Shown: piece after piece, positions 59,304 through 64,000 of the stretch
Layout: each line of letters opens with the position of its first letter
How positions within the stretch are numbered: the stretch's first letter is position 1
Assembly: GCA_963716275.1 (NCBI GenBank)
Contig: CAVQTC010000002.1
Span: 96,897-160,896, forward strand
Source: an uncultured delta proteobacterium
GTDB taxonomy: Bacteria; Myxococcota_A; UBA9160; UBA6930
Direction of reading: 5' to 3'
DNA length: 64,000 nucleotides
Notes under the pieces: generated by a model
What the model was told of the DNA's origin: nothing
The model's database searches: none
What the model saw: only the letters and a program-made list of their open reading frames with translations
Made by a program: the position numbers and the translations under genes

Positions 59304-59699
59304 TCAGCCGGCTCCGGACCAGAGATAGCGCGCATCCGGCACGCGTTCCTCGTTGCCCCGGCCGTCCGTCTCCTCCACGCAGCGGAAGCCGTGGCGCTCG
59401 TAGAAGCGGCGCGCGCCGGCGTTGGCCTGGAAGGTCCACAGGGTCACGCTCTCGGGCATGCGCGCCTTGACGCGCTCGAGCAGCGCGCTGCCGATCCCGC
59501 GGCCCTGATGAGCGGGGCTCACGTAGAGGTGATGGAGCCAGCCGTTCCCGAACAGGGCGAACCCGAGGATCTCGCCGCGCGCGTCGGTTGCCAGCAGCGA
59601 ATCGTGCCGCTCGAGCTGCGCCGTGAAGAAGGCGCGGTCCTCCTCGGCCGTGTGGAGCGCGGGCAGATAGGTCATCGCGGCGCGCGCGGCGCCGAACAA
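59304..59699 (-). CDS. GNAT family N-acetyltransferase
   Basis: HHLYVSPAHQGRGIGSALL and FYERHGF are GNAT motifs. Confidence 0.8.
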   Translation of the reverse strand: MFGAARAAMTYLPALHTAEEDRAFFTAQLERHDSLLATDARGEILGFALFGNGWLHHLYVSPAHQGRGIGSALLERVKARMPESVTLWTFQANAGARRFYERHGFRCVEETDGRGNEERVPDARYLWSGAG

Positions 59700-59778
59700 G
59701 GCTGCGACCGACGGGCCGTCCTGGGTCGAGCCCGCTCGAATCCGCGGCGCGGAATCGGCCGTCGGCAGCGCGGCTCGC

Positions 59779-60132
59779 TCAGTCCGCGGTGCGGTAGGTC
59801 GAGCCCGCGTCGCAGGTGGCGGCCGCGGTCAGCTGCTCGTTCGAGGTCTGGGCCGCAGGGGCCGTGTACCACCACTGGAAGGCCTTGCCGTAGGTCTCGA
59901 AGGTCGACGACGTCCCCTCGATGAAGAAGTCGGTGAGGGCCAAGGGCGGGTCGGCGTGGGGCAGCAGCAGCCGGATCCGGTAGTCGAGCCCCTCCTTCTT
60001 GGCGAGCCCGCGCCAATTGAGCAGCCAGGTCTGGACGTCGGTCATGGTCTTGCCGTCGTTGAGCTTGCACTTGTTGTAGGTGATCACGTCTGCGGAGGCC
60101 CCTAGGGGCAGACAGACCAATAACAGCGCAGC
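59779..60132 (-). CDS. small secreted protein (hypothetical, 117 aa)
   Basis: AAAGGA RBS. Signal peptide MKKLAALLLVCLPLGASA. It lies in the same frame as, but is distinct from, the upstream SDR. Confidence 0.55.
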   Translation of the reverse strand, partial: AALLLVCLPLGASADVITYNKCKLNDGKTMTDVQTWLLNWRGLAKKEGLDYRIRLLLPHADPPLALTDFFIEGTSSTFETYGKAFQWWYTAPAAQTSNEQLTAAATCDAGSTYRTAD

Positions 60133-60224
60133 CAGCTTCTTCATCGGGGATCCTTTCGGTTGATGAGGTCGCATTCTCTCACGGGAGCCGAGAGATCGAC
60201 GCGACCAAATCGATCCGAGTCGCC

Positions 60225-61032
60225 CTAATCGAGGTACATCCCGCCGTTGGCCGCGATCACCTGGCCGCTGATGTATCCCGAGATCTTCGGGATCCGCGAG
60301 CGCGCACACGACGGCGGCGATGTCCGCGGGCTCGGCGATGCGGCCGACGAGGGTCGCGCGCGCCATGCCCTGGATGCCGGGCTCGCCCACCGCCGCGAGC
60401 ATCGGGGTGTTCACCGGCCCGGGTGCGACGGCATTCACGCGCGCGCGGTAGGCGGAGAACTCGCGCGCCGTCGTCTTGGTGGCCGACTCGATCGCGCCCT
60501 TCGCCGCCGTGTAGTCGATCTGGCCGACGTTCCCGTTGCGCGCCGAGACCGAGGAGAAGTTCACGATGAAGCGGTTCACGCCGTCGGCGAGCGGCTGGTT
60601 GCCGTTGCTCTTGAACAGCACCTGCCAGTGCTGCGCGGCGACCTCGCGCGTGAACAGGAAGGTGCCGTGCAGGTGCACCGCGAGCACGAGCTTGAAGTCG
60701 TCGAAGGACTTCTTGGGGATGCGCGCGTCGCGCGTGATGCCGGCCACGTTCACGACGCCGTTGATCACACCGGTCGCCTCGAGCGCGTGGCCGACGGCGC
60801 GCTGCACGTCGCTCTCCTCGGCGACGTTCGCGCGCGCATAGAGCGGCTTCACGCCGACGCGAGCGATCTCGGCTTGGGCTTCCGCCAGGCGGCCCTCGTC
60901 GAGATCGACCAGCACGACCTGCGCGCCGTGCTCGGCCAGCATCGTCGCGACCGCGCGGCCGATGCCCTGCGCTGCGCCGGTCACGATATGGGTCTCGCCG
61001 CGGAACGCTCCCTCTCGCAGCACGCGCGCCAT
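60225..61032 (-). CDS. SDR family oxidoreductase, with a frameshift near 60290
   Basis: GGGAGG RBS. HIVTGAAQGIGRAVA...NVAGI...YTAAKGAIE, and the C-terminus ISGQVIAANGGMYLD* in the shifted frame. Confidence 0.8.
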
Positions 61033-61099
61033 CGCCGTTCCTCCCGGAAGGGAGAGGACGATGGCGCACGCACGGCGAGGCGGCGAGCGCCGGGAGCGC

Positions 61100-61795
61100 T
61101 CAGGCCGGCGGGTTCGAGAGCTCCGGGCGATAGCCCACGATCGACCGCTCGATCTGCTCGATCGCGGCGCCGCCGTTGCGGAAGATCAGCCCGCCCTCGG
61201 AGGCTCCGAAGGCCTGGGTGAGCAGCTGGTCCGGGGACCGCTGCGCGTCGAGCTCCGCGAGATCCTTCAGCGGGCGAATCGAGACGTACTCGCTGACGTT
61301 CCCGACGATCGTCTGTCGGATCATGACCTGGGAGGGATCCCCGACCTTCGGAATCGCCTCGGAGAGCTTCCGCAGCAGCTCCTCGTAGCTCTCGCGCATG
61401 CCGGCTCGCACGCGCGTGCGGACGACGGCCGCGGCCTTCATCTGCCCAGGCGCGAGCGGCCGCGGCACGTAGCTGAGATCCGGTCGGTCGATGGAGATCG
61501 TCAGGCTGGAGCTCACGAGCGACCCGCCGACCTCCTCGAGGAAGCGCGGCGCATCCGCGCCGAGCAGGCGCCCCGCGAGCTCGGGGACGCCGCCCCGCTT
61601 GCCGAGCGCCTCGAAGTTCTCGGCGATCGACACGTAGGCGAAGCCTTGCTGCTCGCCGAACAGCGTCTGGAAGGCGCGCCCAGTGAAGGGCTCCTTCTGC
61701 TTGCGCGCGGCCTCGGCGAGGCGCTGGATGGCGGGGACGTAGCGGCCGAGCGCGCTCGGCTGGATCTGGTTGCGGAGAAGAGTGTTTAGAGCCAC
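61100..61795 (-). CDS. hypothetical protein (231 aa)
   Basis: Strong AAGGAG RBS before GTG 61795. VALNTLLRNQIQPSALGRY... No family was recognised. Confidence 0.55.
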   Translation of the reverse strand: MALNTLLRNQIQPSALGRYVPAIQRLAEAARKQKEPFTGRAFQTLFGEQQGFAYVSIAENFEALGKRGGVPELAGRLLGADAPRFLEEVGGSLVSSSLTISIDRPDLSYVPRPLAPGQMKAAAVVRTRVRAGMRESYEELLRKLSEAIPKVGDPSQVMIRQTIVGNVSEYVSIRPLKDLAELDAQRSPDQLLTQAFGASEGGLIFRNGGAAIEQIERSIVGYRPELSNPPA

Positions 61796-61929
61796 GTGGG
61801 CTCCTTTCGAGAAGTGGAGGATTCGTACGCCGGAGAGCAGGGGAGCCGCATGGCGCCCCTCCCGGACGCGGGCAGCATACGCCCTACTCCGTCGGAGAGA
61901 GCGACTATCGGAGCTCGAGCGGGTGAGGT

Positions 61930-62343
61930 CTAGTCGCCCCGCAGCTCGCGCAGCTTCGCGCGCTGCTCGGGGGTGAGCAGGTTGCGAATGCGGATCAAGA
62001 GCCCCATGTGCGCGATCTTCACCTTGCGCTCGAGCTCCATGACCGTGCCGATCTCGCCCAGGAGCTTCTTCTCGTCGAGGGTCTCGGCCGCCGAGAGCTC
62101 TTCCACCACGCGCAGGTGGTCGAGCATCTGCCACTGCAGATCGAGGGTGGACTGGGTCACCTCGCCGATGTCCTTGGTGAGCGCCGCGCGCTGTGCGGGC
62201 TCGAGACCGATCGTGGTCCCCTCGCGCATCACCAGCTCGGGCGTGAAGAAGTTCTTCAGGAACGCGGGCTCCTCGTCCTTGGCGTGCGCCGCGCCCGCGA
62301 GCGCGAAGAGGCCGAGGGAGAAGAGCAGCAGCGAGCGCTTCAC
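61930..62343 (-). CDS. periplasmic LTXXQ-motif (Spy/CpxP-like) protein
   Basis: GGAGGA RBS. Signal peptide VKRSLLLFSLGLFALAGAAHA. LLTPEQRAKL motif. Confidence 0.65.
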   Translation of the reverse strand: MKRSLLLFSLGLFALAGAAHAKDEEPAFLKNFFTPELVMREGTTIGLEPAQRAALTKDIGEVTQSTLDLQWQMLDHLRVVEELSAAETLDEKKLLGEIGTVMELERKVKIAHMGLLIRIRNLLTPEQRAKLRELRGD

Positions 62344-62735
62344 GCGTGATTCCTCCGCTCTGCAGGATGCGAGGGTGCGCCCTCCGACGGAAGCGGCGGG
62401 CCCGGGATGAGCGAGGGCGGCAGCGCGCGCAGCGGATCCGTGCCCGGGAGCGAGAGCAGGGCGTCGGTGGGACCGCGCAGGCTTCCGAGCGCGATGGGTG
62501 GCGGTGCGCTCGCGGCGGGGGCGAACGGCGATCTCAATGCCCCTGGCGGGGTCGCCGCAAGCCACCACACCGCGAGCGCACACGCCGCGGTTGCAGCCGG
62601 AAGAGCGAAGGCGAGCCAGCGCGCGCGGGGCGCCGGCTCGCGCGCGAGGAGCTGCGCGAGGCTCGGCGCCGAGTGCGCCTCCTCGTCGCGGAGCGCGGCG
62701 AAGGCGGAGCGCAGGTCGCGGTCGGGATCGTTCAT
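62340..62735 (-). CDS. putative anti-sigma factor (membrane-anchored)
   Basis: Its ATG overlaps the ECF sigma stop (ATGA). One TM segment (WLAFALPAATAACALAVWWLAA). Its position is typical of anti-sigma genes. Confidence 0.55.
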   Translation of the reverse strand: MNDPDRDLRSAFAALRDEEAHSAPSLAQLLAREPAPRARWLAFALPAATAACALAVWWLAATPPGALRSPFAPAASAPPPIALGSLRGPTDALLSLPGTDPLRALPPSLIPGPPLPSEGAPSHPAERRNHA

Positions 62736-63238
62736 CGCGCTTGCGCTCCGAGCAGCTCGCGCAAGCGCTCCTTGCCGCGCGCGTAGTGCGTGCGCGCCGT
62801 GCCGAGCGAGACGCCCGCGGCCTGGGCGGCCTCCTCGATCGTGAGCTCGCCGTAGAAGACCAGGTGGAGGATCTCGCGCTGGCGGGCCGGCAGGCGAGAG
62901 AGCGCTGCCACGAGGCGCGCCGCCTCGTCCGAGCGGACGGCGGGGGCGTCGGGGAGCTCCGCCGCCTCGGGCGCTTGGGCCGCCGGGCGCAGGAGGATCA
63001 GCCGCCGCACGCGCTCGCGTCGCCGGCGCTCCTGGGCCGTGCGGCGAATCACGCCCAGCGCGAAGGAGCGGAACGACGAGCGCCCGTCGAAGCGGGCGCG
63101 ACCGTCGAGCAGCTTCAGCACGCTGGCCTGCAAGACGTCCTCCGCTTCCGCGCGATCCCAGCCGGTCTGGACGAGCGCCCAGCCGAGCGCCGTCGCGAGC
63201 ATGCGGTGCAGCTCGGCTTCGAGGTCCGCCCGCTCCAT
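62732..63238 (-). CDS. RNA polymerase sigma-70 factor, ECF subfamily
   Basis: Region 2 and region 4 motifs (LPARQREILHLVFYGELTIEEAAQAAGVSLGTARTHYARG). Confidence 0.9.
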   Translation of the reverse strand: MERADLEAELHRMLATALGWALVQTGWDRAEAEDVLQASVLKLLDGRARFDGRSSFRSFALGVIRRTAQERRRRERVRRLILLRPAAQAPEAAELPDAPAVRSDEAARLVAALSRLPARQREILHLVFYGELTIEEAAQAAGVSLGTARTHYARGKERLRELLGAQAR

Positions 63239-63298
63239 CGCAGCTCCGCGGAATGGGTGACCCGGCGGGGGCTGGGATAGGACCTGGCGGCAAGCGCC

Positions 63299-63949
63299 TC
63301 AGGAGCGGGCGACGCCCACCGGGCACGAGACGCCCGTTCCCCCCAGCCCGCAGTAGCCGCCCGGATTCTTGTCGAGGTACTGCTGGTGGTAGTCCTCGGC
63401 GAAGTAGAACTCGGGCGCGGGGCGAATCTCGGTGGTCACGCCTCCGTAGCCGGCGCGCTCGAGCTCCTTGCCGAAGGCCTCCGCGCTCTCGCGCGCCTCA
63501 CGGAGCTGGGCGTCGCCGTAGGCGTAGATGGCCGAGCGATACTGCGTCCCGACGTCGTTCCCCTGCCGCATGCCCTGCGTCGGGTCGTGCCCCTCCCAGA
63601 AGACGCGCAGCAGCTCCATGTAGGAGACGCGTTTGGGATCGAAGACCACGCGCACCACTTCGCTGTGGCCGGTGAGCCCCGAGCAGACCTCCTCGTACGA
63701 GGGGTTCTCGGTGGTGCCCCCCGCGTACCCGACCGCCGTCGACCAGACGCCGGGGGTCTGCCAGAACTTGCGCTCGGCGCCCCAGAAGCAGCCCATGCCG
63801 AAGGTGGCGAGCTCGAGCTCCGGCGGATAGGGCGGGGCGAGCGGGTTGCCGAGCACGGTGTGGCGCGCCGCCACCCGCATCTGTTGCTTTCGACCCGGCA
63901 GCGCCGAGGCCGGCTCGACCAGGCGCGTCTTCTTGCGGAGGAAGTCCAT
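63299..63949 (-). CDS. msrA: peptide-methionine (S)-S-oxide reductase
   Basis: [12 protein letters not shown] is the catalytic GCFWG motif; the gene is intact. Confidence 0.9.
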   Translation of the reverse strand: MDFLRKKTRLVEPASALPGRKQQMRVAARHTVLGNPLAPPYPPELELATFGMGCFWGAERKFWQTPGVWSTAVGYAGGTTENPSYEEVCSGLTGHSEVVRVVFDPKRVSYMELLRVFWEGHDPTQGMRQGNDVGTQYRSAIYAYGDAQLREARESAEAFGKELERAGYGGVTTEIRPAPEFYFAEDYHQQYLDKNPGGYCGLGGTGVSCPVGVARS

Positions 63950-63985
63950 GGCGGCGTCTCCCTTGCCCTACGAGAGTAGCCCCGA

Positions 63986-64000
63986 GAATCGAAATCTCGG
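63986..64000. repeat. REP-like palindrome, copy C (GAATCGAAATCTCGG...), truncated by the window end
   Basis: Its first 15 nt are identical to the left arm of copy B. Confidence 0.5.

Noticed and set aside
1-64000. CRISPR arrays, tRNA, rRNA or other structured RNA genes
   Set aside because: There are no short direct repeats regularly spaced by unique spacers, and no T-loop (GTTCGA/TTCRANNC) or cloverleaf candidates in the intergenic regions. All larger intergenic gaps are explained by the palindromic, REP or MITE elements above.

Overview
A 64 kb, ~70% GC chromosomal segment that looks Myxococcota-like (Deltaproteobacteria-type codon usage, GTG/TTG starts, GGAGG Shine-Dalgarno motifs, 4-nt GTGA/ATGA start-stop overlaps). 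I call about 55 protein-coding genes and found no rRNA, tRNA or CRISPR array. The content is a mosaic of accessory metabolism and signalling: two enoyl-CoA hydratases, a Rieske oxygenase, two P450s, LLM-class, SDR, MDR and Zn-ADH oxidoreductases, a PQQ dehydrogenase, a sulfatase, three amidohydrolase-2 genes and three APH-like phosphotransferases. There is also a roughly 1136-aa single-chain BC-BCCP-CT acyl-CoA carboxylase, two tandem adenylate-cyclase/alpha-beta-hydrolase fusion paralogs plus a HAMP adenylate cyclase, MFS and APC transporters, an ECF sigma/anti-sigma pair, msrA and mtgA. Mobile and repeat content includes two diverged copies of an IS200/IS605-type (HUH, RAYT-like) transposase, one of them frameshifted. 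It also includes a REP-like 39-bp palindrome family (3 copies, each abutting a stop codon), a roughly 317-bp MITE-like element with 75-bp terminal inverted repeats, and a perfect 33-bp inverted repeat ending exactly at an SDR start codon. The most system-like feature is a 4-gene operon (22.5-30.6 kb) of secreted DUF11/CnaB-type repeat proteins ending in a roughly 1830-aa protein whose C-terminal ~1000 aa look like an outer-membrane beta-barrel. I read this as a candidate undescribed surface-fibre/usher-like assembly module. A TlpA/redoxin gene carries an in-frame TGA exactly at the first Cys of its CxxC-like motif, making it a selenoprotein candidate. Two caveats apply throughout. About 20 otherwise conserved genes carry single-nucleotide frameshifts, often in G/C homopolymers, which are most likely uncorrected assembly indels, so I do not over-interpret them as pseudogenes. 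The supplied ORF track is incomplete and inflated by Ala/Arg-rich alternative-frame ORFs typical of high GC; for example the enoyl-CoA hydratase at 541-1384 is absent from it.
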